DNA of 64,000 nucleotides, taken from positions 43,259 through 107,258 of the forward strand of contig DASZOV010000004.1 of the NCBI GenBank assembly GCA_035550595.1, read 5' to 3'. Below are positions 51,793-61,564 of this stretch, one piece after another; position 1 is the stretch's first letter, and the number at the start of each line of letters is the position of its first letter. Both the position numbers and the translations under genes were made by a program. Below the pieces are notes generated by a model. That model did not search any database. It worked only from the letters and a program-made list of their open reading frames with translations, and was not told the DNA's origin. Source of the DNA: Vicinamibacterales bacterium. GTDB taxonomy: Bacteria > Acidobacteriota > Vicinamibacteria > Vicinamibacterales > SCN-69-37.

Positions 51793-52311
51793 TCAAGAAA
51801 ATGCTTTCTGGATCGTGCGCATCGCCAAGAAGAGTTTGCGCGGCTGGTCCGTCAAAGGGATGAACTTGTAGCTCTCGTAGAAGGCGCGCGCTGCGTCGTT
51901 CATCGCTTCCGCGACGACGCCGACCGAAGCGACGACTTCGGTGCTCTTCCAACTTCTGAGCAACGCGTCCATCAGCAAGAGCTTTCCGAGTCTTCGACCG
52001 TGATGCGCTCGGTCGACCGCGAGCCGACCAAGTAGAGTCGCCGGGATCAGCGGATATTTCGGGAGGCGACGCGCGACATCCTGGGGCAACTCGCCGAGCC
52101 GCACTGTATACGCCGAGAGTGTGTAGTACCCAACGATGATCCCATTCGTGTCGACCAGTACGAACGGCGCTGCGACCTTGCGCTTGGCGTCTTGGCGGGC
52201 TTGAACGTGGAGGTAGTGGTCAAGTTCCGGAACGCCGCACGAGAATGCGAGCCGGTCGTGGTCCCCGAGCGGCTCGATCAAGTACGGCGCAGCCGCGTCG
52301 ACGTCGTTCAC
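51793..52311 (-). CDS. GNAT-family toxin (TacT/KacT-like acetyltransferase)
   Basis: 172 aa. LAFSCGVPELDHYLHVQARQDAKRKVAAPFVLV...TLLGRLAVDRAHHGRRLGKLLLMDAL is the typical DUF1778-partnered GNAT. ATGA overlap with the antitoxin. Confidence 0.8.
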   Translation of the reverse strand: MNDVDAAAPYLIEPLGDHDRLAFSCGVPELDHYLHVQARQDAKRKVAAPFVLVDTNGIIVGYYTLSAYTVRLGELPQDVARRLPKYPLIPATLLGRLAVDRAHHGRRLGKLLLMDALLRSWKSTEVVASVGVVAEAMNDAARAFYESYKFIPLTDQPRKLFLAMRTIQKAFS

Positions 52312-52631
52312 GCCGTTCGGGCGCGGCGACCCATGCGCGTCTTGTAGTCGCGCGCCGCAGCACGCAGGGCTGTGCTCGGCGTGGCGGGATTGAGCACGGC
52401 AGCGACAAAGACTTTCGTGTCGCGTGCGCTCAGAGTCATCATTGCGCGTTCTTGAATGGTCCGTTCCGCTGCGACCTTGGCGCTGTGCAAGACGAAGTCG
52501 ACCATGGTGCGGCCTTCGAGATCGGCGGCGCGCTGGATGAGGCGCTTCTGATCTTCATCCATCGGGGCGTCGATACGATAAACCTTCGGCATCACGTGCC
52601 GTCGTTTCCGCGTCTTGGCCGTGGGGGGCAT
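52308..52631 (-). CDS. DUF1778 (TacA-like, RHH) antitoxin
   Basis: RIDAPMDEDQKRLIQRAADLEGRTMVDFVLHSAKVAAERTIQE... Start is either 52631 or MPKVYRI at 52592. Confidence 0.8.
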   Translation of the reverse strand: MPPTAKTRKRRHVMPKVYRIDAPMDEDQKRLIQRAADLEGRTMVDFVLHSAKVAAERTIQERAMMTLSARDTKVFVAAVLNPATPSTALRAAARDYKTRMGRRARTA

Positions 52632-52679
52632 CGTGTCCTCTCAATCAACAGCGTACGGTGACTTGCCATACCGGTCAAC

Positions 52680-52825
52680 CTCACGCGAAGACGCGAACAA
52701 TGCGAAGGACAGGCACCTCACGCGAAGGCGCGAAGATCGAGAAGGAGAGCGGATCGTAGGCCGCGCCTTCGCGGCTTCGCGTGAGGCCTCGTGAGCGGGC
52801 ATTTTGTCGTCTTCGCGCGAGGCTC
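52680..52825. repeat. CGCGAAG-octamer composite, same organisation and orientation as 51610-51770
   Basis: CCTCACGCGAAGACGCGAACAATGCGAAGG...TCACGCGAAGGCGCGAAGATCGAGAAGG (52718-52745)...GCCTTCGCGGCTTCGCGTGAGGCC...CGTCTTCGCGCGAGGC. Confidence 0.85.
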
Positions 52826-53203
52826 TCAGCTCGCCTTTTGTGAGCGTGTGAGCGGCAGGACCAGTTCCACGCGATCGGCCGTCACCGTGGGAGCCAGCCG
52901 GCCACGCTCGCCGCGGTCGAGGCGAACCAGACCGTAGCGTTCCATCGTCCGCAGCGTGCGCGACAGGTTCGACTTGGCCTTGCCGGTCAGGCGGGCCAAC
53001 TCATCCAGCGAGCCCGGCCTCTTCTCCGCCATGACACGCAGCAACTCACGGTTGCCGGCCGAGAGGACCTTCGCGAAGGACTCGGTCGACGTGAACCAGA
53101 CCTTCGGCTCGGTGGGCGACACGCGATGTTCGCCACGTGCGACGGCGAGAGTGCGTGCCTTCATGTCCTCGTAGCTCGCGATGCCGACCTTCAGCGTCGT
53201 CAT
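52826..53203 (-). CDS. HTH transcriptional regulator, putative antitoxin partner of the DUF6516 protein
   Basis: In ORF 52826..53602, start MTTLKVGIASYEDMKARTLAVARGEHRVSPTEPKVWFTSTESFAKVLSAGNRELLRVM...SNLSRTLRTMERYGLVRL. ATGA overlap with the upstream gene. Confidence 0.7.
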   Translation of the reverse strand: MTTLKVGIASYEDMKARTLAVARGEHRVSPTEPKVWFTSTESFAKVLSAGNRELLRVMAEKRPGSLDELARLTGKAKSNLSRTLRTMERYGLVRLDRGERGRLAPTVTADRVELVLPLTRSQKAS

Positions 53204-53556
53204 GGGATTACTCCTCTTTCGCGCAACACGGCGTCTACGACTGTCCAGAAGTCGGCGAGGAGCGTCACCGCGTCCTGGTAATCGTAGGGGCGAATCGTCC
53301 GGAGCCGGTGCTGGTGGTCCTGCGGCCCGCCCTGCGCCTGCCGCGCCATCGGATGCGCGTTGTCGAATCCAACCAGTCGCTCGCCGTTCGGCCCGTGCAG
53401 CGTGAATGAATAGTCGAGGCCGTGCGGTTTCCCGGCTGACGCAGGAACCCGCGTCACGACGAATCGAACCCAGTAGTTCTGCTCGGGATCGACCACGAGA
53501 ACCTGGCCGTCGAGGTCGAGAAGGACGTCGAGGCTCCGGTCGTGCGACTCCGGCAC
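53200..53556 (-). CDS. DUF6516 / TumE-like putative toxin
   Basis: 118 aa. YSFTLHGPNGERLVGFDNAHP...DHQHRLRTIRPYDYQDAVTLLADFWTVV matches the remembered DUF6516 pattern (Y-x-Y...DN-x-H...H-x-H...Y-x-F...DF). GTG start preceded by an AT-rich promoter-like stretch. Confidence 0.65.
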   Translation of the reverse strand: MPESHDRSLDVLLDLDGQVLVVDPEQNYWVRFVVTRVPASAGKPHGLDYSFTLHGPNGERLVGFDNAHPMARQAQGGPQDHQHRLRTIRPYDYQDAVTLLADFWTVVDAVLRERGVIP

Positions 53557-53604
53557 AATAGATAGTTATCACACTGAAGCAACTTAAGCAAAACAAAGCC
53601 ATAG

Positions 53605-53683
53605 CGCGAGGCCCGAGTGGAGCGAGGGTGCCGAAGCGTCGTAGGCGTGGGGCCTCGCGCGAAGACGCGAAGGTCGCGAAGAC
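53605..53683 (+). repeat. Degenerate REP-like copy E fused to a CGCGAAG block
   Basis: GCGCGAGGCCCGAGTGGAGCGAGGGTGCCGAAGCGTCGTAGGCGTGGGGCC, then CTCGCGCGAAGACGCGAAGGTCGCGAAGAC. Confidence 0.7.
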
Positions 53684-53755
53684 AGAAGCCTACCGTGTCG
53701 TAGGGCTGGCGGCCGCGTTCACATCGGCTGCAAAAAAGCGGACACAAAAAAAAGA

Positions 53756-53793
53756 GCGGGTGGGCCGTGGCCCACCCGCTCTTCGTGTGTGAA
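53756..53793 (-). terminator. Rho-independent terminator of TonB-dependent receptor copy 1
   Basis: On the minus strand AAGAGCGGGTGGGCC-loop-GGCCCACCCGCTCTT (15-bp stem) is followed by a run of 8 T. It starts 12 nt after the stop codon. Confidence 0.9.
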
Positions 53794-53804
53794 GTGGCTG
53801 ACGC

Positions 53805-56800
53805 TTAGAACGAGAGGCGGAAGGTCAACTGGACCGTCCGCATGTCCTGCGCGCTGTTGACCGCGCCAAACCCGGCATTCTTCGGCTGGGTCTTGTTCGG
53901 ATCGACGCTGCCGTCAGCCAGGAACTGGGAGTTGCGAATGCCTTGGTCGACCGGGTTCGTCAACTGGAGCTGCGTCTGCCGGCCGGTGTAGACGAGGATG
54001 TTGAACGCGTTGAACGCGTCCACGCGGAACGAGGCCTGCCGGCCGCCGCCGAGGCGGAAGTTCCGGACGAGCGCCAGGTCGATCCTTTTGTTCGGGCAGC
54101 CCTGGAGGATGTTACGGCCCGACTCTAGGCCGTTGCTGCTGTAGGTCGGTCCCGCGACAACACTGGCGTTGAACTGCGCGTACTGGTTGTCCGAGCAGCC
54201 ACTGCCAGGATCGCCGTTGTAAACGATCCGGGCGGCGTAGTCGGGCGAACCCGTCAGATTCACGTTCTGGCCGTTGTTCTGGTACGTATAGCTCAGATCG
54301 TAATGTCCAGCCGAGCCAGCTAACAACACGCCCGACAACTGCCAGTCGTTGAGGATGGCCGCGACGACGCGCTTGCCGCCGCTGTCCGCGCTGACGTCGG
54401 GCAGGTCCCACACCGCGTTGGCTGTGAGCGTGTGTCGGCGCAGGTCGAGGTTCTTCATCAGGTCGAACCACTGCGCGTTGTCGGCACGCAGGGACACCGT
54501 GCCGTCGGGCGAGTGCTGGAGCCGCTCGACGTCCATGTTGTTGATGTTCGGTAAGCCGGTATTGCCGGTGAAGGACAGCCCGAGCGTGTAGTTGAGGCCG
54601 AACGAGAGCCCGTTCACGAACCGGCGGTTGAGCGACGCCTGGATCGAGTGGTACGACTGGTAGAACGCGCTCGTGTTCTGCCCGATGTTGTTCAGGCCCC
54701 GGTAGGTCCGGAGCATGACGTCGGGGAGCGCCGTGGCGCCCGGCACCGAGCTCGGGGCTTTGGTCGGATCTTGATTCTCGGGCAGGTAGGCCGCGCCGAG
54801 ATCGACGGAGTTCAGGTTCAGGCGACCGTTGCCCTGGAAGTCGCCCATCATGTTGTAGCCGTGGCTACCAACGTAGGACAGGTCGAGCGAGGAGCTCCAC
54901 GGCAACACCATCTGCACACCTGCGTTCCACTGCACCGATGACGGAATGTCCGAATCGTACTGGAACGTGATCATGTCGGGCGTGCCAATCGTGCTCACGC
55001 TGCTCGCCAGGTTCTGCAGGTTGCCATTGCGTAGATCCTGGCCGTCGGCGAACGGCGGGTTGCTCGGGATCGAGAACACCGTGTTGCCGTCCGGCCGGTC
55101 GTAGAACAGACCGAGGCCGCCACGCACGACGAAGCGCTGGTCGCCGCTGAGGTCATAGGCGGCGCCGAAGCGCGGACCGAAGACCATCGACGGCCAGGTG
55201 TAGCCCGTCTTCGCGATGCCGTCGCCGGCCGCGCGAATGCCGTTCAGCCGGTCGCCCGAGTCAGGCACGACTGTGCCGATGAAGGCCGAGCTGTTGGCCG
55301 CGTTCGGGATGACGAGGAGCTCCCCGGTGAGCGGGTTCATTGCGTTGCGATCGCCTGCGGCGCAGGGACTGACGCCGCCCGCGCACGCTGGGACGTAGAG
55401 CACCGGCGCCGCTCCGGCCGACCACTGATCGGGGAAGAAGCCGGACATCTGGCCGAACTGGTCGTACTGCGGCTCCTGGTGCGTGAAGCGCATGCCGTAG
55501 TCGAGGGTCAACCGCGGGCTCACCTTCCAGTTGTCCTGGAGGTAGAACTCCTCGTTGTTGTAGATCATGTTGCCCTCGATGAGCTGCGACGCCTGCTGGT
55601 AGCGCGTGAACACGCCCACGGCCGCGTTGGCGAACCCAAAGCCCGTATCGAGCGGGTTGTTGCTGTCGTTGCCGAAGTCGACGTTGCCCTGGAACGAGCC
55701 CGCGCCGCCGGCGCCGGTGTTCTGGGCCTTGAAGCTGTGGTTGTTGTAGAAGCCAGCCTTCATCGTGTGATGGCCCGCGACCTTGGTCACGCTCATCACG
55801 AGGTCCTGCGTCTTGTTCACGTTCAGCCAGCCCGGGTACTGCTGGTTGATGTTCTGATTGTTGGAGATGAGACCGCCCCAGTTGAACAGCGGCGGCAGGT
55901 TGACGCTGGTGCCGTCGAAGTAGATGGCGCCGGTGCGCGTGAGCGCGTCGAGCTGGTAGTAGCGCGGATCGACCTTGCCCGCATTCGGGTAGAGCAGCGG
56001 GAAGTCGGCCAGGCCGTTCAGCCGGTTGGCGCTGTCGTTGATCAGAATGCCGTTGTTGTTGCCGCCGGCCAGCTCGTTCTTGATCGTGCCATAGGTGGCC
56101 TCGATGAACGTCGTCGGGTTCAGCGTGTAGTCGACCGTGAAGCTATAGTTCGTGATGTACGGATACGGTACGAGCACATCGTTGTAACCCGGCAACGTGC
56201 CCACCACGACGCGCTGCTGATCACGATTCGCCGAGTAATGGCCGGTGACGCGGAGGGCCGGCGAGAACTGGTAGTCCACGCGCACGGCCGGCTGCTGGAC
56301 GAGGTGCTTGTCTTCGGCTCGCTGCAACTCCGTGTTGTAGCTCGAGCCCGGCGCCTGCGTCAGGTTCGGCAATGGATACCGGTTCAGGACGTTCAGGCCC
56401 ACCTGGTACAGGTCGGACTGCGGGATGACGTTGTTCGGGTACGGCTCCCGCGTGTACGGGCTCAGCAGTTGCGGGATCGGATCGCCGTTGTTGTCGAGCG
56501 ACTGCGAGAAGTCGCCCTGCCGCTCGGCCGCGCTCGGCAGCCGAAAGTGGAGGGTCGAACCCGCCGTCGCCTGCGGATGATATTCGTGGCTGTAGAAGAA
56601 GAACAGCTTGTTGTTGCCACCCGGCTTGCCGATCGGGCCGCCGATCGAGTAGCCCCAGTGCCGATCCTTGAACTCCGGCTTTGGGTTACCGTTCTCTTTG
56701 TCCTGCCACTTGATTGTGTCCCACGAGTCGTTGCGCTCGATGTCGTAGAGGGAGCCGTGGAAGCGGTTCGTGCCGCTTTTGCTCACGGCCGTGATCTGCA

Positions 56801-57503
56801 CGCCGCTCGACCGCCCGTATTCGGCCTGGTAGCCCTGCGTGAGCACCTTGACCTCGGCGATCGACTCGATGTTGAGGTTCAGCATCTGGCCGTTGTTGCC
56901 GGTGTCCATGGCCGAGATGCCGTCCATCTGGAGATTGTTCTGGCCGCTCGCGCCCAATCGCGTGGCCTGTTGGCCGCTCTGCATTTGCGTCTGAATATTC
57001 ATGCCGGGCGCCATGAGTGCGAGGTTCGCAAAGTTGTCGTGACCGACCGGCAGGTTCGTGACCTGCGTGGTCGAGACCGTGAAGGAGCGCTCGCCGCTCT
57101 GGGCCTGAATCATCGGCGCTTCGGCGGTGACGTCGACGGTTTCCGTCGTGCCGCCGACTTCGAGGGTCAGTGTGCCGACGACGACACGGTCGCCGCCGCT
57201 CACGGCGACGTCCTTACGCTGCGTGGTCTTGAAGCCGCTCATCGACACGTCAACGGTGTACGTGTCGGCGGTGACGTTCGCAATGACCCAGTCACCGGTC
57301 TCGTTGGTGACGACCGGGATCGACTTCGTCCCGCGTGACTGACTGGTGAGCACCACGGTGGCGCCTGGAATGACGCCGCCCTGCGTGTCTTTGACCGTTC
57401 CGGCCACCGTGCCGGTCGTGATCTGCGCCGAAGCGTTCGACACGGCGACGCACCCGAGGATCAGTGCTGCCGCCAGTGCCCAGACCTTCCCTTTCCACTG
57501 CAT
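53805..57503 (-). CDS. TonB-dependent receptor with N-terminal carboxypeptidase-regulatory-like domain (copy 1)
   Basis: ORF 53805..57560 trimmed to [27 protein letters not shown] (GGAGG RBS). [25 protein letters not shown] is the CarboxypepD_reg domain. A plug region and a long beta-barrel follow, ending FRLSF. Confidence 0.9.
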   Translation of the reverse strand: MQWKGKVWALAAALILGCVAVSNASAQITTGTVAGTVKDTQGGVIPGATVVLTSQSRGTKSIPVVTNETGDWVIANVTADTYTVDVSMSGFKTTQRKDVAVSGGDRVVVGTLTLEVGGTTETVDVTAEAPMIQAQSGERSFTVSTTQVTNLPVGHDNFANLALMAPGMNIQTQMQSGQQATRLGASGQNNLQMDGISAMDTGNNGQMLNLNIESIAEVKVLTQGYQAEYGRSSGVQITAVSKSGTNRFHGSLYDIERNDSWDTIKWQDKENGNPKPEFKDRHWGYSIGGPIGKPGGNNKLFFFYSHEYHPQATAGSTLHFRLPSAAERQGDFSQSLDNNGDPIPQLLSPYTREPYPNNVIPQSDLYQVGLNVLNRYPLPNLTQAPGSSYNTELQRAEDKHLVQQPAVRVDYQFSPALRVTGHYSANRDQQRVVVGTLPGYNDVLVPYPYITNYSFTVDYTLNPTTFIEATYGTIKNELAGGNNNGILINDSANRLNGLADFPLLYPNAGKVDPRYYQLDALTRTGAIYFDGTSVNLPPLFNWGGLISNNQNINQQYPGWLNVNKTQDLVMSVTKVAGHHTMKAGFYNNHSFKAQNTGAGGAGSFQGNVDFGNDSNNPLDTGFGFANAAVGVFTRYQQASQLIEGNMIYNNEEFYLQDNWKVSPRLTLDYGMRFTHQEPQYDQFGQMSGFFPDQWSAGAAPVLYVPACAGGVSPCAAGDRNAMNPLTGELLVIPNAANSSAFIGTVVPDSGDRLNGIRAAGDGIAKTGYTWPSMVFGPRFGAAYDLSGDQRFVVRGGLGLFYDRPDGNTVFSIPSNPPFADGQDLRNGNLQNLASSVSTIGTPDMITFQYDSDIPSSVQWNAGVQMVLPWSSSLDLSYVGSHGYNMMGDFQGNGRLNLNSVDLGAAYLPENQDPTKAPSSVPGATALPDVMLRTYRGLNNIGQNTSAFYQSYHSIQASLNRRFVNGLSFGLNYTLGLSFTGNTGLPNINNMDVERLQHSPDGTVSLRADNAQWFDLMKNLDLRRHTLTANAVWDLPDVSADSGGKRVVAAILNDWQLSGVLLAGSAGHYDLSYTYQNNGQNVNLTGSPDYAARIVYNGDPGSGCSDNQYAQFNASVVAGPTYSSNGLESGRNILQGCPNKRIDLALVRNFRLGGGRQASFRVDAFNAFNILVYTGRQTQLQLTNPVDQGIRNSQFLADGSVDPNKTQPKNAGFGAVNSAQDMRTVQLTFRLSF

Positions 57504-57837
57504 GTTCTGGCCTCCATCCCCTGACACACGACGAACAGGACCCCGTCGGAACCCGGCCACGCCCGGCCGGACGCCTGTCGTTCGGTGATCTGACAGGCGC
57601 TCCAGTCGTTCGCGGTTGCGACGGCCGCAGCCGCCGCCCCGGACACGACGCCATCCTGCCTAGCTATCCCGGACACAGTAGCGGGCGGTCGAAGGCGTGC
57701 CCATCCGGCGCCAACCGTATTTCTCAGGACTGAAGAGGCTCGTATTGCTCGCGCCGGAATGGGTGGGGGGACCGCTCGCGGGCCCGATTTCCGGCCGGAC
57801 CCTCCCGTCTTGTCCTGACGGGAGCGCAAAAAAAGAG

Positions 57838-57875
57838 CGGGTGGGCCAGAGGCCCACCCGCTCTTCGTGTGTGAA
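57838..57875 (-). terminator. Rho-independent terminator of TonB-dependent receptor copy 2
   Basis: Same 15-bp stem as 53762-53793 with a different loop (AGA), followed by a run of 7 T on the minus strand. Confidence 0.9.
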
Positions 57876-57886
57876 GCGATCCGCGC

Positions 57887-60800
57887 TTAGAACGAGAGGC
57901 GGAAGGTCAACTGGACCGTCCGCATGTCCTGCGCGCTCGTCGCGCCACCGAACCCGGCGCTCTTCGGCTGGGCCTTGGTCGGATCGACGCTGCCGTCGGC
58001 CAGGAACTGCGAGTTGCGGACGCCCTGGTCCGTCGGGTTGGTCAACTGGAGCTGCGCCTGCCGGTTGTTGTAGACGAGCACGTTGAACGCGTTGAACGCG
58101 TCCACGCGGACCTGCGCCTGCCGGCCGCCGCCGAGGCGGAAGTTCCGGACGAGCGCCAGGTCGACCGTCTTGTTCGGGCAGCCCTGGAGGATGTTGCGAC
58201 CCGACTCCATGCCGTCGCTGTGGTAGGTCGGACCCGCCACGACGCCGGCGTTGAACTGCGCGTACTGGTTGCTCGAGCAGCCGCTGCCAGGATCGCCGTT
58301 GTAAAGGAGCCGGGCGGCGTAGTCGGGCGACCCCGTCAGATTCACGTTCGAACCGTTGTTCTGGTACGTGTAGCTCAGGTCGTAATGTCCACCCGAGCCA
58401 GCCGACAACACGCCCGACAACTGCCAGTCGTTGAGGATGGCCGCGACGACGCGCTTGCCGCCGCTGTCGGCGCTCATGTCCGGCAGGTCCCACACGGCAT
58501 TCGCGATGAGCGTGTGCCGCCGCAGGTCGAGGTCCTTCATCAGGTCGAACCACTGCGCGTTGTCGGCGCGCAGCGAGACCGTGCCGTCCGGCGAGTGCTG
58601 AAGCCGCTCGACGTCCATGTTGCTGATGTTCGGGAGGCCGGTATTGCCCGTGAAGGAGAGCCCGAGCGTGTAGTTGAGCCCGAACTGGAGTCCGTTCACG
58701 AACCGGCGGTTGAGCGAGGCCTGGATCGAGTGATACGTCTGGTAGAACCCGCTCGTGTTCTGCCCGATGTTGTTCAGGCCCTGGTAGGTCCGGAGCATGA
58801 CGTCGGGGAGCGCCGTGGCGCCCGGCACCGAGCTCGGGGCCTTGGTCGGATCCTGGTTCTCGGGCAGGTACGCCGCGCCGAGATCGACGGAGTTCAGGTT
58901 CAGGCGCCCGTTGCCCTGGAAGTCGCCCATCATGTTGTAGCCGTGGCTACCGACATAGGACAGGTCGAGCGACGAGCTCCACGGCAACACCATCTGCACA
59001 CCCGCGTTCCACTGTACCGACGACGGGATGTCCGCGTCGTACTGGAACGTGATCAGGTCAGGCGTGCCAATCGTGCTCACACTGCCCGACAGGTTCTGCA
59101 GGTTGCCGTTGCGGAGGTCCTGCGAGTCGGCGAACGGCGGGTTGCTCGGGATCGAGAACACCGTGTTGCCGTCCGGCCGGTCGTAGAACAGACCGAGGCC
59201 GCCACGCACGACGAAGCGCTGGTCGCCGCTGAGGTCATAGGCGGCGCCGAAGCGCGGGCCGAAGACCATCGATGGCCACGTGTACCCCGTCTTCGCGATG
59301 CCGTCGCCGGCCGCGCGAATGCCGTCCAACCGGTCACCCGAGTTCGGGACGACCGTGCCGATGAACGCCGAGCTGTTCGTCGCGTTCGGGATGACGAGGA
59401 GCTCACCGGTGAGCGGGTTCATCGCGTTGCGCTGGTTGGCCGAGCAGGGATTCACGCCGCTCGCGCAGGCCGGCACGTAGAGCACCGGGGCCGTCGCCGC
59501 ATTCCATTGATCCGGGAAGAAGCCGGACATCTGGCCGAACTGGTCGTACTGCGGCTCCTGGTGCGTGAAGCGCATGCCGTAGTCGAGGGTCAACCGCGAA
59601 GTCATCTTCCAGTTGTCCTGGAGGTAGAACTCCGTGTTGTTGTAAATCATGTTGCCCTCGATGAGCTGCGACGACTGCTGGTAGCGGTCGAACACGCCCA
59701 CGGCTGCGTTGGCGAACCCGAAGCCCGTATCGATCGGGTTGTTGCTGTCGTTGTTGAAGCTGACGGTGCCCTGGAACGAGCCCGCGCCGCCGGCGCCGGT
59801 GTTCTGGGCCTTGAAGCTGTGGTTGTTGTAGAAGCCGGCCTTCATCGTGTGGTGACCCGCAACCTTGGTCACGCTCACCGCGAAGTCCTGCGTCTTGTTC
59901 ACGTTCAGCCAGCCCGGATACTGCAGGTTCAGCGTGCCGGGATTGGAAATCAGACCGCCCCAGTTGAAGAGCGGCGGCAGGTTGACGCTGGTACCGTCGA
60001 AGTAGATGGCGCCGGTGCGCGTGAGCGCGTCGAGCTGGTAGTAGCGCGGATCGACCTTGCCCGCGTTCGGATAGAGCAGCGGGAAGTCGGCCAGGCCGTT
60101 CAACCGGTTGGCGCTGTCGTTGACGAGGATGCCACCCGAGCCGCCGCCGGCCAGCTCGTTCTTGATCGAGCCGTAGACGGCCTCGATGAACGTCGTCGGC
60201 GTCAACGTGTAGTCCACCGTGAAGCCATAGTTCGTGATGTACGGATAGGGGATCAACACGTCGTTGTAGCCCGGCAGCGTGCCGACCTGGACGCGCTGCT
60301 GGTCACGCTGGGCGGAGTACTTGCCCGTGATGCGAAGGGCGGGCGAGAGCTGGTAGTCCACGCGGATGGCCGGCTGCTGCACGAGGTGCTTGTCCTCGGC
60401 GCGTTCGAGCTCCGTGTTGTAGCTCGTGCCGGGTGCCTGCGTGATGTTCGGCAGCGGGTACCGGTTCAGGACGTTCAGGCCCACCTGGTACAGGTCGGCC
60501 TGCGGGATGACGTTGTTCGGGTACGGTTCCCGCGTGGTCGGGCTGAGCAGTTGAGGAATCGGCGCGCCGTTGTTGTCGAGCGACTGCGAGAAGTCGCCCT
60601 GCCGCTCGAGCGCGGTCGGCAGGCGGAAACGGTTGATCGACCCAGCCGTCTTCTGCGGATGATATTCGTGGCTGTAGAAGAAGAACAGCTTGTTGTTCCC
60701 ACCCGGCTTGCCGATCGGGCCGCCAATGGAGTAACCCCAGCGCCGGTCCTTCAGCTCAGGCTTCTGGTTGCCATTGGCTTTGTCCTGCCACTTGATGGTG

Positions 60801-61564
60801 TCCCAATCGGAGTTGCGCTCGACGTCGTAGAGGGAGCCGTGGAAGCGGTTCGTGCCGCTCTTGGTCACGGCCGTGATCTGCGTGCCGCTCGACCGGCCGT
60901 ACTCGGCCTGGTAGCCCTGCGTGAGCACCTTGACCTCGGCGATCGACTCGATGTTCAACTGCAGCATCTGGCCGTTGTTGCCCGTGTCCATGGCCGAGAT
61001 GCCGTCCATCTGGAGATTGTTCTGGCCGCTCGAACCGAGCCGGTTCTGTGAACCCATGGCCATGCCGGGGGCCATGCGCGCGAGATCCGCGAAGTTGTTG
61101 CGGTTGATCGGCAGGTTCGCCACCTGCGTCGTGTCAACCGTGAAGGAGCGTTCACCGCTCTGGGCCTGAATCATCGGCGCTTCGGCGGTGACATCGACGG
61201 TTTCCGTCGTGCCGCCGACTTCCAGGGTCAGCGTGCCGACGACAACACGGTCGCCGCCGCTCACCGCCACGTCCTTGCGCGCCGTGGTCTTGAAGCCGCT
61301 CATCGACACTTCGACGGTGTACGTGTCGGCCGTGACGTTCGCGATGACCCAGTCACCGGTTTCGTTGGTGACGACCGGGATCGACTTCGTCCCGCGTGAC
61401 TGACTGGTGAGCACCACGGTGGCGCCTGGAATGACGCCGCCCTGCGTGTCTTTGACCGTCCCGGCCACCGTGCCGGTCGTGATCTGCGCCGAAGCGCTCG
61501 GCACCGCGAAGCACCCGAGGATCAGTGCTGTCGCTACTGCCCAAACCTTGCCTTTCCACTGCAT
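57887..61564 (-). CDS. TonB-dependent receptor with carboxypeptidase-regulatory-like domain (copy 2, tandem paralogue)
   Basis: ORF 57887..61606 trimmed to [27 protein letters not shown]. About 90% identical to copy 1 over the stretches compared by eye, with a 7-aa deletion near residue 190. Confidence 0.9.
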   Translation of the reverse strand: MQWKGKVWAVATALILGCFAVPSASAQITTGTVAGTVKDTQGGVIPGATVVLTSQSRGTKSIPVVTNETGDWVIANVTADTYTVEVSMSGFKTTARKDVAVSGGDRVVVGTLTLEVGGTTETVDVTAEAPMIQAQSGERSFTVDTTQVANLPINRNNFADLARMAPGMAMGSQNRLGSSGQNNLQMDGISAMDTGNNGQMLQLNIESIAEVKVLTQGYQAEYGRSSGTQITAVTKSGTNRFHGSLYDVERNSDWDTIKWQDKANGNQKPELKDRRWGYSIGGPIGKPGGNNKLFFFYSHEYHPQKTAGSINRFRLPTALERQGDFSQSLDNNGAPIPQLLSPTTREPYPNNVIPQADLYQVGLNVLNRYPLPNITQAPGTSYNTELERAEDKHLVQQPAIRVDYQLSPALRITGKYSAQRDQQRVQVGTLPGYNDVLIPYPYITNYGFTVDYTLTPTTFIEAVYGSIKNELAGGGSGGILVNDSANRLNGLADFPLLYPNAGKVDPRYYQLDALTRTGAIYFDGTSVNLPPLFNWGGLISNPGTLNLQYPGWLNVNKTQDFAVSVTKVAGHHTMKAGFYNNHSFKAQNTGAGGAGSFQGTVSFNNDSNNPIDTGFGFANAAVGVFDRYQQSSQLIEGNMIYNNTEFYLQDNWKMTSRLTLDYGMRFTHQEPQYDQFGQMSGFFPDQWNAATAPVLYVPACASGVNPCSANQRNAMNPLTGELLVIPNATNSSAFIGTVVPNSGDRLDGIRAAGDGIAKTGYTWPSMVFGPRFGAAYDLSGDQRFVVRGGLGLFYDRPDGNTVFSIPSNPPFADSQDLRNGNLQNLSGSVSTIGTPDLITFQYDADIPSSVQWNAGVQMVLPWSSSLDLSYVGSHGYNMMGDFQGNGRLNLNSVDLGAAYLPENQDPTKAPSSVPGATALPDVMLRTYQGLNNIGQNTSGFYQTYHSIQASLNRRFVNGLQFGLNYTLGLSFTGNTGLPNISNMDVERLQHSPDGTVSLRADNAQWFDLMKDLDLRRHTLIANAVWDLPDMSADSGGKRVVAAILNDWQLSGVLSAGSGGHYDLSYTYQNNGSNVNLTGSPDYAARLLYNGDPGSGCSSNQYAQFNAGVVAGPTYHSDGMESGRNILQGCPNKTVDLALVRNFRLGGGRQAQVRVDAFNAFNVLVYNNRQAQLQLTNPTDQGVRNSQFLADGSVDPTKAQPKSAGFGGATSAQDMRTVQLTFRLSF

